This document shows positions 16,506 to 27,265 of a stretch of 64,000 nt of DNA, piece by piece; the first letter of the stretch is position 1; every line of letters begins with the position of its first letter. Source of the stretch: Octopus sinensis (lineage: Eukaryota). The position numbers and the translations under genes are program-made. A model generated the notes under the pieces. The model did not search any database. It had not been told where the DNA came from and worked only from the letters and a program-made list of their open reading frames with translations. The stretch is from contig NC_043002.1 of NCBI RefSeq assembly GCF_006345805.1, positions 12,710,001-12,774,000 of the forward strand. Reading direction: 5' to 3'.

Positions 16506-16726
16506 GGATTGATAACTCACAGTTTTAAACGGTTTCAAATTTTGAGACAAGGCGAATCATAGAGGAATTAATATTTGTCCAATTTCCGTCCCATCTATCG
16601 AAAACATTCTGATAGTTTTACTATTACTATGGCCGCTAGGACTCTAGATCTTTCTGTAATGCGATAATTTAGAAATAAACGTGTCAAACGAAATATGATA
16701 AAATGAAATATAAAGAAGTTACTTAC

Positions 16727-16906
16727 ATTGGTTTTGACAATATGGCGGACGAATTTCGCTACATCTTTGAGTTTTGGGGTCAAAGTAAAGATTGAATTGA
16801 CACGGCATGGAAGGGTATGAGGTACGCTTGAAACAGGGAATATACCTGTGGCAGTCATTAGGGTCACGGTTCATCCCGTCTGGGTATTGTTTACAGAGAG
16901 GATCAT
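16727..16906 (-). CDS. Copy B exon 2: CBM14 domain 2 (DDPLCKQYPDGMNRDPNDCHRYIPCFKRTSYPSMPCQFNLYFDPKTQRCSEIRPPYCQNQ)
   Basis: Same acceptor and donor as copy A; 180 nt, open, six Cys. Confidence 0.88.
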
Positions 16907-17804
16907 CTGAAGAGAAAATGTTTTAATAAAATTTTTAATGCAAGCGCGATAATTAATTTTGGTCATATCTTGATTTTTAGAAAATGTAGTCACAAAGACC
17001 ATATATTATGAAATAGTATCAAATGATACAATATATACATCAGTTCACATATATACAAATGCAGATATATATTACTTCAGGTTTTCGTAGTGGAAAGACG
17101 CGTTTGCTTTCGCTCTGTGAAAAAAACAAAAAGATTTGCATAAATCGACGAAATAATCTACTAAAACTAACAAAACGTAGAACTTGTTAACTCATAACGA
17201 TCTACTAAAATACATTAATTAAAAATATATTAATTAAGAACGTAATATATTTCGCTTGAAGCCAAATATAATACATTAAAGTTAGTTACGCATGCTAGAT
17301 TCTTCGCCGAAAAAGCACGTGGTGGCAAGTCTTTAACTTATCTCCAACCAAATGTAAGAAGGAAAAAGAATTGTTCTCTTTTCTGTTTTGAAAGAAAACT
17401 TCTTCGTACAAACACGAAGGTTTGGACTGTATTTTTTACGATAAGTAACGTTTTCATATTTTTGTTTATTATTTTTTATTTTCCTTTAATGTAAGCTAAC
17501 ATCTCAGTTACGATTTACGACGCCATCTTTGTTTACATTCTGAGAATAACTTTCTTTCAATTTCTGTTTCGCTTTCAATATTTCTTTCATTTTATCTCTA
17601 TAAAACTAATATTTAAAAATTCTTTTCATATGTTTATTTTAACGTAAGCGACGACTGAGCTAGAAATATAATCGTAATTTTATCGTAATTTCATTTTATC
17701 GTAATTTCATTTTATCGTAATTTCATTCTCTCTCTATAAAACTAATATTTAAAAATCCTTTTCATTTGTTTATATTCCTGTAATTTAAGCTTACGACTGA
17801 GAAA

Positions 17805-19280
17805 TATAAGAGCATGGACAATTGCTAGTGGTGATCCGCCGAACAACATCATCACTGCCGCGCTAAAGAACAATGGATTTCATAGAACCATTGACCAAAT
17901 AGAGCGAAAGAAAGGTGAATTTATCCGGTCTTACATGCTTATAAGACCACACATCAAAACATTGGATAACATAATTGAAAATTATTGTGGCAAGGCTGAT
18001 GAGGATGAAGAGGACGAAAAAAGAGAAGGAAGCCGGAAGTCTCTGTGATCCAGGAGCTCCTCAGGAAAATGGATCACCTACCTCGGTGACCGACCAGGTA
18101 GTGAAGGATAGGGCAGCCAAGGGAGCAGAAACCGGAAGCCCCCCTGTACCAGTGGTCCAACAAAGAAATGAGAAATTAGAAAAACAGAAGAAAAAAGGAA
18201 GGACCGAAAACAAAAATAAGGAGGGAAAGGGAAGAAAAGGAAAAACGACCAAAGCTGAAACCCCGACCCACCACACAAACAGCAGAGAGCCCCATGTGGG
18301 ATCCAATGCCACCCAGTACACTTCAGGAAAGAAGAAACCTGGAAGGCACCGAAGAACCTGTAGATTCTACCTGCGGGGCAAATGTTGGCATGGTGAGGAC
18401 GGCAAAATCTGCCGGTTCGCCCACCCGACAGCCCGCCAGAACTTCAGGGCACTCAAATAAAAATGCTTTACTGAGGGAAGGCAAGAAATGTCTCCCAGGA
18501 AAACTTTCAAAAAAGAAGTGCGCTCCTCAGATGTTCTGCGCAACGCAGCAGCTGAGCAAGAGTCTTTTTTATGCATGGCACAAAGAATTGTCCAGCAGCT
18601 AACCTGGCTACACCAAGCACAGAGAAGTAACCCTGCCTACCACTATGCAAGACCACCACAGTCAACAGACAATGGATGGCCTCCAAAAACGCCTGCACAG
18701 CAATCACCCCAATACTTTCAATAATTATTGGGGGCCTATTGCATCAAAGTAGAAACAAAATTTCTTTCCTGAGAGATCTTACTGCTTGCAATCAAGCCCT
18801 ATGCATAGCACTCGTGGAAACTCACCTCAGCCCTGATATAGAAGACGCAGAAGTACACATACCAAGCTATGTCATACTGCGAACAGACAAAAGGGAAAGG
18901 AGCCATGGTGGAGTTGCTGTATGCATTCGAGATGACCTGACACCCAAGGTCTTAATGACAAACTCAAATTCGGTATGTGACACTCTAATTGTATACCTAA
19001 GACAACATAATATAGTCATATGCAATACATATTGCCCCCCGGATGCCCCAAATCACATAGGCAAGTTTGAAGATTGCCTCACAAGAATTAAAGAAATCCT
19101 CATGAATCTGGAACACCACGTGACCATATTTCTTATGGGTGATTTCAACTTCCCCAACGTCAAATGGCCTGAAGGTCTCATACTCTCAGGAATGAATCAT
19201 TGCAAGCAAGTACAGGTGGAGTCCGTGCTCAACGTCATCAACGCCTTATACATGGAGCAAGTTGTACTCAAACCAACTAG
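17805..19280 (+). mobile_element. 5' part of the same LINE: ORF1 with CCCH zinc finger plus APE domain, truncated
   Basis: CRFYLRGKCWHGEDGKICRFAHP in ORF1, overlapping ORF2 start MASKNACT...; homology to copy A stops at aaaccaactag (19280). Copy B has a TAA in ORF1 where copy C has GAA. Confidence 0.88.
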
Positions 19281-19830
19281 AAATAAACAGAATAGTACCG
19301 GTCTCAGCAAACTGATTTGGGATTTAAAAAAGACCACAATGAACAATTTCACTTAGAATGGTTGATCCTCTCAATTTCGATACCATATGACAAAGGCAAG
19401 AAATCCTGACTTCTCTGCAATTCTGAGCTTTTTTCATTATTTTTTCTAAAAATACTCTAGTAAACACGGTTATAGAACGAGCATACAGATGTAAGCATTC
19501 GCAGAAACATACATTTAGTGCATATAAGTAGTCTCTATCATTATATATAATTTAAACTTTAATTTCCTTTATATTTAACATTCACTATTAATATCCCTAC
19601 TCTTTCTGTTAGCTACTTATGACGTTATATCATATAACGTTTTTTTAAACAATATTAATAGCGTTCTGTCTATCGCTATACAAATCCATCATTTTTTGCT
19701 AAAATGTCGTATTGACGAGTTTCGTTTTTTTTTTCACTTTCCCTAAGAGAAGATTGCATTGTTTATACCATTTATTCTTTTGAATAAGTATCAGTGGAAT
19801 TTTCGAAACATGTGTCGAAAGTAAAAATAC
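19281..19830 (+). mobile_element. 3' fragment of a second Penelope-like family (endonuclease C-terminus, 3' UTR, hammerhead); also 45891-46440
   Basis: NSTGLSKLIWDLK...SIPYDKGKKS*LLCNSELF..N..IE...CKH resembles the C-terminal tail of PLE GIY-YIG ORFs; a hammerhead motif follows about 200 nt after the stop. Confidence 0.7.
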
Positions 19831-19870
19831 TTGTTTAAACCTGCGTTAACTCCATTTTTTATTCATATAT

Positions 19871-19913
<43 letters not shown>

Positions 19914-20079
19914 GAGAGAGAGAGAGAGAGATCGTTAGCCACTACACACATTTATTTCTCGAAACGTAAAACACTTTTTCTATTCCTGAGTGTTATACTA
20001 ATACTTCTGTTTGTTTGTACACGACCTGGCTTCGCCTTTTGTTTTTTTCGTAAACTCTCCCTATATATATATATATGTA

Positions 20080-20287
20080 TATATAATATTAATTAGAGAC
20101 AAAACCACTATTATGCAAATCAAACAAAGAAAGACTTAATCCAATACATAAAAATTTTTATATAAATTAAATAAAATTAATTTAATTTAATTTTATTTAA
20201 TTTATATAAAATATGTTATGTATTGGATTAAGTCTTTCTTTGTTTGATTTGCATAATAGTGGTTTTGTCTCTAATTAATATTATATA
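20080..20287. repeat. Near-perfect ~208-bp palindrome (also 46676-46883; shorter relative at 40175-40279)
   Basis: tatataatattaattagagacaaaaccact...ataaaattaa / ttaattttat...agtggttttgtctctaattaatattatata. Confidence 0.9.
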
Positions 20288-20361
20288 ATATTTTACTATA
20301 AAATTGGATTCAATCCTAAATCTGATTTTTCCCTGTAAATTTGGATTTATTCCCTAATATT

Positions 20362-20409
<48 letters not shown>

Positions 20410-20506
20410 CGGGAAGCTTTATGAAAATAAACAAAAGACGAAGGCAGGTGGAATACAAACAAACAATTATATTAGTATGGCGCTCAGGAATATAGATAAA
20501 ACAAGT

Positions 20507-20542
20507 CTTTTACGTTTCGAGCCTACGCTCTTCAACAGAAAG
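20507..20542 (-). ncRNA. Minimal hammerhead-like motif with variant core CUGUUGA (also 47098-47133; degenerate copy at 4998-5033, + strand)
   Basis: cttt CTGTTGA a gagc gtag gctc GAAA c GTA aaag; stem III reduced to the palindrome ACGT. Confidence 0.55.
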
Positions 20543-20686
20543 ATACACAGAAAAGAAACACGAAGAGAAACAAGGAGAGAGGAAAAAATGCGTGCAGAAG
20601 CTAGCGAATCAACATGGCGATATATATATATATATATATATATATCCAACAACCCCTTCATAAAATTAAGTAAATCAAAACCAAAT

Positions 20687-20945
20687 ACCAACAGAACGGA
20701 ACAACCACCAAGAAATCCTACCACACTCTACACCAGAAAAGTACACCTAAAACACACCCCACACTACCTACACCAACCCCAAAACACCTACAGAGGCCCA
20801 CCACACCAGTTCGAAAATAGACATACCAACAGAGCAGAACAACCACCAAGAAATCCAAACACACTCTACACCAGAAAAATGCATTTAAAACGCACCCCAC
20901 ACTACCTACACCAACCCCAAAACACTTATAGGGTCCCACCACACC
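20687..20945 (+). repeat. 138-bp (46-aa) tandem duplication in the PLE N-terminal region (also about 47312-47570)
   Basis: TNRTEQPPRNPTTLYTRKVHLKHTPHYLHQPQNTYRGPPH / TNRAEQPPRNPNTLYTRKMHLKRTPHYLHQPQNTYRVPPH. Confidence 0.9.
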
Positions 20946-21267
20946 ATTCCACGAACCTAAGTGCCACAACATACAATACTATAAAATACAACCCACATAA
21001 CCAAACCAAAACGCTACTACCAAACATCCACCCCAGGAACCAACCATACAACCATAACAAACAACAAATGCACTACGGAGGAAACAACTACCAACACAAT
21101 ATACCTGATGAACTAAGACGGAACACTAGGTTCAACAACAGACTCCAGAACAGAGCACCACAAACTCACTCTGACAATTATAACAACATGAGACAGATAA
21201 ATAATAGCTTTGAACATAACTACACCAACCATTTTTTAGACCTTACACACAGGAACAGGGACACACG

Positions 21268-23565
21268 ATGGCAAAGGACAAACAAAAGAAACCTCAGGTA
21301 ATTAAGATAATCAATCTCTCAAACAAAGAACTTACACCTAACGAAATAAGCATACTCTCCAAAGGACTTAAATTTACACCCACCCCACAACGTTCTAATT
21401 ACTATGAAATGAAAGATGATATTTCGGAATTTTGCAGAAAACTAAGACTCACCGAGGCATTTCAAGACAAACAAATAGAGGAGGACTCAATAGCTAGAAA
21501 CAAGAGCAATTACACCCCCACCAAGGGAAAGAATAAAGCCTTAGACCGCTATTGTGACTACATAACTAATTTCCCGTTTCAATTCATCAAGAAACAAAAA
21601 CACAGCCCTAACTTCAACAAAAGAGAATGGAACGACCTCATCAAACTAAGAGAAGACAAAACAATAACAATTAAGGAGGCAGATAAGGGCAACGCGATAG
21701 TAATAATGAATACAAACGATTATAAAAATTTAGTGCTATCCCTATTAAGAGATGAAACGTATTATGAAAGGGCCCAACAGTATAACCAGCAAAAAATAAT
21801 GCATAACCTTAGGACATTAATCAACACATACCAAGAAGGACTCACGAACAAGGAGTATGAATACATCACTAACTTCAAATGCAAATCGAGTTTGTTCTAT
21901 GGTATCCCTAAGGTACACAAAAGCCAAACCATTAGAGAAACGTGCAAAACATCCACCGACACACTCATCAAAATCCCTTCACCAAATGATCTTAAACTAA
22001 GACCGATAATAGCAGGGCCAGCATGTGAAACTCACCGCCTCAGCAATTTCGTAGACACACTTCTTAAACCTTTCCTAAAACACATCAAAAGCTACGTAAG
22101 AGACGATATAGATATGCTCAACCACCTCCCTAAAACAGTCAATGAGAAAACCCTTCTAGTATCATTCGACGTAGTTAATCTTTATTCTAACATCCCTCAC
22201 AACCTAGGAATAGAAGCGATCACCTTCTGGCTGAATAACTACCCCTTTGAACTCCCAACTCGCATAAACAAAGACCTTATAATAGAAGGACTTAGATTCA
22301 TTTTAGAGAACAATTATTTTATTTTTGACAATGATTTCTACAGGCAAAGATCGGGAACAGCGATGGGCACGCGTACTGCACCATCTTTTGCCAACCTAGT
22401 GATGGGATACCTCGAGAAAATACTATACCGGATAACACTCGAGAAATATGGAAACACCTTCGCCACCTATATCCATAACAACTGGAAAAGATACCTCGAT
22501 GACTGTTTCATCATCTGGGACAAAGGTATAGAGAAACTTGAGGAATTTAAAATACTATTAAATGGAATAAATGACAATATGCAATTCACGATGGACCACA
22601 ACGAAAAAGAATTACCATTTTTAGACATCCTCATTAAGAAAACCGGCAACAAAATAGAGACAGATATCTACTATAAACCGACAGACTCTAAACAGTACCT
22701 ACCCTTTGATTCATGCCACCCACGACACACTAGAATGAATGTCCCTTTTTGTTTAGCTAGAAGGATTTGCACCATAATATCAGACACAAACACCCGACAC
22801 ACACGTCTCCAGGAACTTAGAACCACACTCACAAATAGAAACTATCCACAGCCCCTAATAGACAGTGCAATCCAACGGGTACTTAAATTAAGTATAGAAG
22901 ACCTGAGACAAACAAAACCAAAAAAGAAAGAACAATTAAAAACCCTTCCCTACATCTCTACACACAACCCACTCAACAATGAGGCCTTCAACACCATACT
23001 ACAAAGCACAGCCCTACTAAAGGGAGACCCAAAGATGAACCGGATCCTCGAAACACACACCATCATTAAAAGTAAACGGCAACCAAAATCCTTGAAAAGG
23101 ATTTTAACCCAAGCTACACTGCACTCAACATCAACCACAAAACCAGCAGTTAGAAAATGTGGAAGGCCCAACTGCGGAATCTGTGTCATCTTGAAAGAAG
23201 GATCAGAATTTATACTGGAAAAAGGCCACCAGTTCACCATTAGAACAAACTTCACCTGCGCATCAGAAAACTTAATTTACGTCATAACATGCGCAGGCTG
23301 CAATAGGCAGTATATAGGCCATACAAAAAATAGCTTACGTAACAGGATGGCGGTGCATAAATCACAAATTAGAAACCCTGATTACCGCAAAATACCGGTC
23401 AGCGGACACATAGATAGATGTGCTGGAAATGTAAATCCGAAATTTACAACTAACCCGCTCTATAAATTCAGTGACAACGCAACCTTCACACAACGCCAAA
23501 ATAAAGAACTATATTTCATAAAAAAATTTAGACCAAGTTTAAACACCCTGGGCCAGGAATACTAA
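21268..23565 (+). CDS. PLE reverse transcriptase + GIY-YIG endonuclease (765 aa)
   Basis: INLS..LT..E..LSKGLKF; SFDVVNLYSNI; GTAMGT..APSFANL; RYLDD; Cys linker CGRPNCGIC; LIYVITCAGCNRQYIGHT. Confidence 0.95.
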   Translation: MAKDKQKKPQVIKIINLSNKELTPNEISILSKGLKFTPTPQRSNYYEMKDDISEFCRKLRLTEAFQDKQIEEDSIARNKSNYTPTKGKNKALDRYCDYITNFPFQFIKKQKHSPNFNKREWNDLIKLREDKTITIKEADKGNAIVIMNTNDYKNLVLSLLRDETYYERAQQYNQQKIMHNLRTLINTYQEGLTNKEYEYITNFKCKSSLFYGIPKVHKSQTIRETCKTSTDTLIKIPSPNDLKLRPIIAGPACETHRLSNFVDTLLKPFLKHIKSYVRDDIDMLNHLPKTVNEKTLLVSFDVVNLYSNIPHNLGIEAITFWLNNYPFELPTRINKDLIIEGLRFILENNYFIFDNDFYRQRSGTAMGTRTAPSFANLVMGYLEKILYRITLEKYGNTFATYIHNNWKRYLDDCFIIWDKGIEKLEEFKILLNGINDNMQFTMDHNEKELPFLDILIKKTGNKIETDIYYKPTDSKQYLPFDSCHPRHTRMNVPFCLARRICTIISDTNTRHTRLQELRTTLTNRNYPQPLIDSAIQRVLKLSIEDLRQTKPKKKEQLKTLPYISTHNPLNNEAFNTILQSTALLKGDPKMNRILETHTIIKSKRQPKSLKRILTQATLHSTSTTKPAVRKCGRPNCGICVILKEGSEFILEKGHQFTIRTNFTCASENLIYVITCAGCNRQYIGHTKNSLRNRMAVHKSQIRNPDYRKIPVSGHIDRCAGNVNPKFTTNPLYKFSDNATFTQRQNKELYFIKKFRPSLNTLGQEY

Positions 23566-23734
23566 AACAAAAGATAAGTCCTCCGAAAAGGAGAAGCAAA
23601 ATTCCACCACGGCCGCTACTTTAAACAGACACTCGCTCTGACGGAAATATGCCTTAGTAAAAAAGGAAAAAAATTCTTTCGTGCAAATCTGACCCTGATA
23701 CATACGATACAGCTAAGGGTCAGACCCGATTCTG

Positions 23735-24105
23735 ATTGGTCAACAAGTTGATGACGTCTAGCTCTGCTAGAATGGACAGGATACAAACAGGGGACTGTCA
23801 TTAGTCAGAATATTGATGACGTCCTTTTCTGCTTGACTAGTCACCTAACAAGTACAGACAGGGGGCAGATCTAATGTAGCTATAAGTCGTGATTGGGCAG
23901 AATCTGGATGACGTCCCGTTCTGCTTGACTAACGAAGCGACTGGTCAAAACAGGAAACAAACAAGAGGCAGTTATAATGCAGCGATTGGTCAAAATGATG
24001 ATGACGTCCCGTTCTGCTTGACTAAAGCCACCTAACGAAACGATTGGTCAAAACGTTGATGACGTCACGCTACACTGGATTGACCACCTAACAGGCATTA
24101 TAAAA
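23735..24105 (+). promoter_or_regulatory. PLE 3' region promoter: about five ATTGG (CCAAT box) + GATGACGTC (CRE/ATF-like) repeats, then TATAAAA; also 50360-50730
   Basis: Repeated gattggtcaaaa..gatgacgtc units; TATAAAA at 24099-24105; caccATG at 24153 and AAG|GTAAAA at 24176. Confidence 0.6.
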
Positions 24106-24534
24106 CCGAGCACTTCACAAAACTCACTAGAACCACCCAGCGAACATCCACCATGGGTCATCACAATTGCTTAAGGTAAAAATGAATTCCTCGCTCTTTC
24201 GGAAACATCAGTCTTCTGTATTGACCGCTTTCCACCACTTTGATCTGTTTTTTGTATTGAATACGTATCGCCACCGTGGGCCACTGCATCGAACACTTTG
24301 AACATATAGCATGAATGAACTTACTTCAAACTATATATCAACTATACATGAACTCTAAGATGTCTGACTCCGTTGTGTATTATAAATGAATTTCTTGTGT
24401 TTGACGGCATGAGCTGTCTTTTTTTATATATAACTTTTTTTGATAAGGTTCATTTCAGGAACTGAAACATGTTATAATGTATATATAAAAATAAAAATTG
24501 TATAATACAGCAGCATTTTCGAACTTCATTTTTT

Positions 24535-24657
<123 letters not shown>

Positions 24658-24778
24658 TATATATATGAACATATATATATAAATATACATATATATATAT
24701 ATAAATATATAAATAAATATACATATATATATATATATAATATATATATATACATACATAAATACATACATATATACA

Positions 24779-24873
<95 letters not shown>

Positions 24874-25031
24874 ACATTCTACATCGACTGAAAAACGGGA
24901 TGGACGCTTTGTTTTGTTTTGGTGCCTCGCTCTGTTGTACACGACTATGAGGATGTGCATCCCCAACGTAAATAGTCATTTTCCAAAACTTATAATGTAA
25001 TACATACATGTCCTTGAAGTAGTAATTGTGC

Positions 25032-25119
25032 GCGGCTGACGAAGGCTATTGACATACATATTACATCAATTATGCATTGATATAAACCGTCTAATATAAG
25101 CCAGAAACATATGTACCGC
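25032..25119 (+). ncRNA. Type I hammerhead motif at the 3' end of the Neptune PLE (also 51663-51750)
   Basis: gcgg CTGACGA a ggct...agcc a GAAA c ATAT g TA ccgc; one extra A on each side of stem II. Confidence 0.7.
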
Positions 25120-25146
25120 TAAATCCTTTGCATCATGTTTTTCTTT

Positions 25147-25195
<49 letters not shown>

Positions 25196-25552
25196 TATAC
25201 ATATATATATATATAAGTATATATATATATAAATACACGCATATATATATAAGTATATATATATAAATATAATTAATTAATAAGGGTGAGAGAATTAGAT
25301 ACTAATTTAATAGTATATCTATTCAACACCAAGTGGCCTAGTGCTCCGAGAAACCTGGATTATTATAATATTTTATAATATATTACAATATTTTTACAAA
25401 ATAAATATAAGAGAGTGGTCACTATATGGCTCACTCTAGCACCAGTTAATCCAAAAGGTTTCAACCACAAAAATACATGTTTCCCATGAAAGTCAGTACG
25501 ATTGTTAGCTCACACGGACAGGGCAAATAAAAAATAACAAAAATACAGCTTA

Positions 25553-25634
25553 TTTTGGGACAATTGTTTCGCTATTAATGAATTAAATGTAATTTTACTT
25601 ACAAAAAAATCCACTTGTAGCTCGTCAGCCAAAA
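25553..25634 (-). ncRNA. Type I hammerhead ribozyme motif, canonical GUC site (also 52186-52267)
   Basis: ttttgg CTGACGA gcta...tagc GAAA c AATT g TC ccaaaa. Confidence 0.85.
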
Positions 25635-26121
25635 CTATCTGGATGAAATCCACTCAATCACACGCCAGATTTTACCATAACGATAAATACGCGTGTGGTT
25701 CAATTGATTACATCCGACGTTGTACTGACTTTCATGGGAAACATGTATTTTTGTGGTTGAAACCTTTTGGATTAATTGGTGCTAGAGTGAGCCATATAGT
25801 GACCACTCTCTTATATTTATTTTGTAAAAATATTGTAATATATTATAAAATATTATAATAATCCAGGTTTCTCGGAGCACTAGGCCACTTGGTGTTGAAT
25901 AGATATACTATTAAATTAGTATCTAATTCTCTCACCCTTATTAATTAATTATAATTATGCTGCATTTATTTCTAAATGCTGTATTTGTTTTCCGTGAAAG
26001 TTTGGCGCGCTGTTAGTTGGGGCATTTGAATTATAACGTCGGATGTAATCAATTGAACCACACGCGTATTTATCGTTATGGTAAAATCTGGCGTGTGATT
26101 GAGTGGATTTCATCCAGATAG

Positions 26122-26203
26122 TTTTGGCTGACGAGCTACAAGTGGATTTTTTTGTAAGTAAAATTACATTTAATTCATTAATAGCGAAACAATTGTCCCA
26201 AAA
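26122..26203 (+). ncRNA. Type I hammerhead ribozyme motif, canonical GUC site (also 52755-52836)
   Basis: ttttgg CTGACGA gcta...tagc GAAA c AATT g TC ccaaaa, read directly on the + strand. Confidence 0.85.
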
Positions 26204-26491
26204 TAATCTGTATTTTTGTTATTTTTTATTTGCCCTGTCCGTGTGAGCTAACAATCGTACTGACTTTCATGGGAAACATGTATTTTTGTGGTTGAAACCT
26301 TTTGGATTAACTGGTGCTAGAGTGAGCCATATAGTGACCACTCTCTTATATTTATTTTATATATATAAATATATATACGTATATATATATATATATAGAT
26401 GAATATATAAATATACATATTTATAGTTAAAGATGTACATATATATATGAATATATATAAAAATATACACATATATATATATATAAATTTA

Positions 26492-26580
<89 letters not shown>

Positions 26581-26599
26581 CTATTTTTCTATTTCAAAA

Positions 26600-27265
26600 T
26601 GTTTCAGCTACAAAGCTGCAGTCATGCTGGAGCACCACCACTGACATTTGAAACCGCCTCTGATATGTAGTATATGGTCAATGTGGGGGTTTGATGCTGC
26701 TGTTCTCATCTGTATTTCCTGCCGTGAGGTTGGCTCGTCTGGAACCCGTAACAGGAATAGATCCAGTATTGTTTTAAAGACACATCTATGCCATGCAAGT
26801 CTCTCGGGCACTTTGGAAAGATATTAAAGAGCTGTGAGCCATTGAAGCCCAAGCTGTTACAGTATCTGGTCCTGTATTTTGATGGCGATGCTTCGATCCT
26901 TGGCACTGTGCAGTGGCGCCCCGTTCGGCAGTTTGAGTAACTTTCCATGCAAAAACTTGGTACAAGGCCTTCTAGGATTTTCCAGATGTATATCACTGCC
27001 TATCTCTCTTTCCTTCGTTCCATGGAGAAGAGTTTTAATTCTTTAAGTTTTTCCCAATAGCTGATATGTTGTATCGAGACGATTTTCTTCGTGTAGCTTA
27101 GCTTCGTTGGAGTACTTCGAGTTCCACTGTGGATTTTTTATTGTGTGGTGATCATAGGTGGGAGCAATAGTCTAAGCCAAAGGATCATCAATGTCTCCTT
27201 TTGTCTTGTTTTGAAAGTTAAGAGAATCCATCAATCCATCCGTCAGCATTTTGTTACCAAAATTG
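26600..27265 (-). mobile_element. Decayed 3' end of a LINE related to 1425-4790 (also about 53215-53880)
   Basis: ERRKERYAVIYIWKILEGLVP and CNSLGFNGSQLFN parallel the ORF at 4289-4723. Confidence 0.8.

Larger units (their letters stand above)
25268..26358. repeat. Nested inverted-repeat complex (A-B / A' / spacer / B'-A'); also about 51901-52990
   Basis: 25721-25944 is the reverse complement of 25268-25500; 26035-26358 is the reverse complement of about 25398-25721. Confidence 0.9.

Noticed and set aside
20477-21301. 274-aa ORF as a host gene
   Set aside because: It is chimeric: the first ~48 codons come from an antisense repeat, it passes through a (TA)n tract, and in copy C a longer tract shifts the frame.
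23735-24070. CRISPR-like repeat-spacer array
   Set aside because: The repeats are degenerate and irregular, lie in a eukaryotic retroelement UTR, and no cas genes are present.
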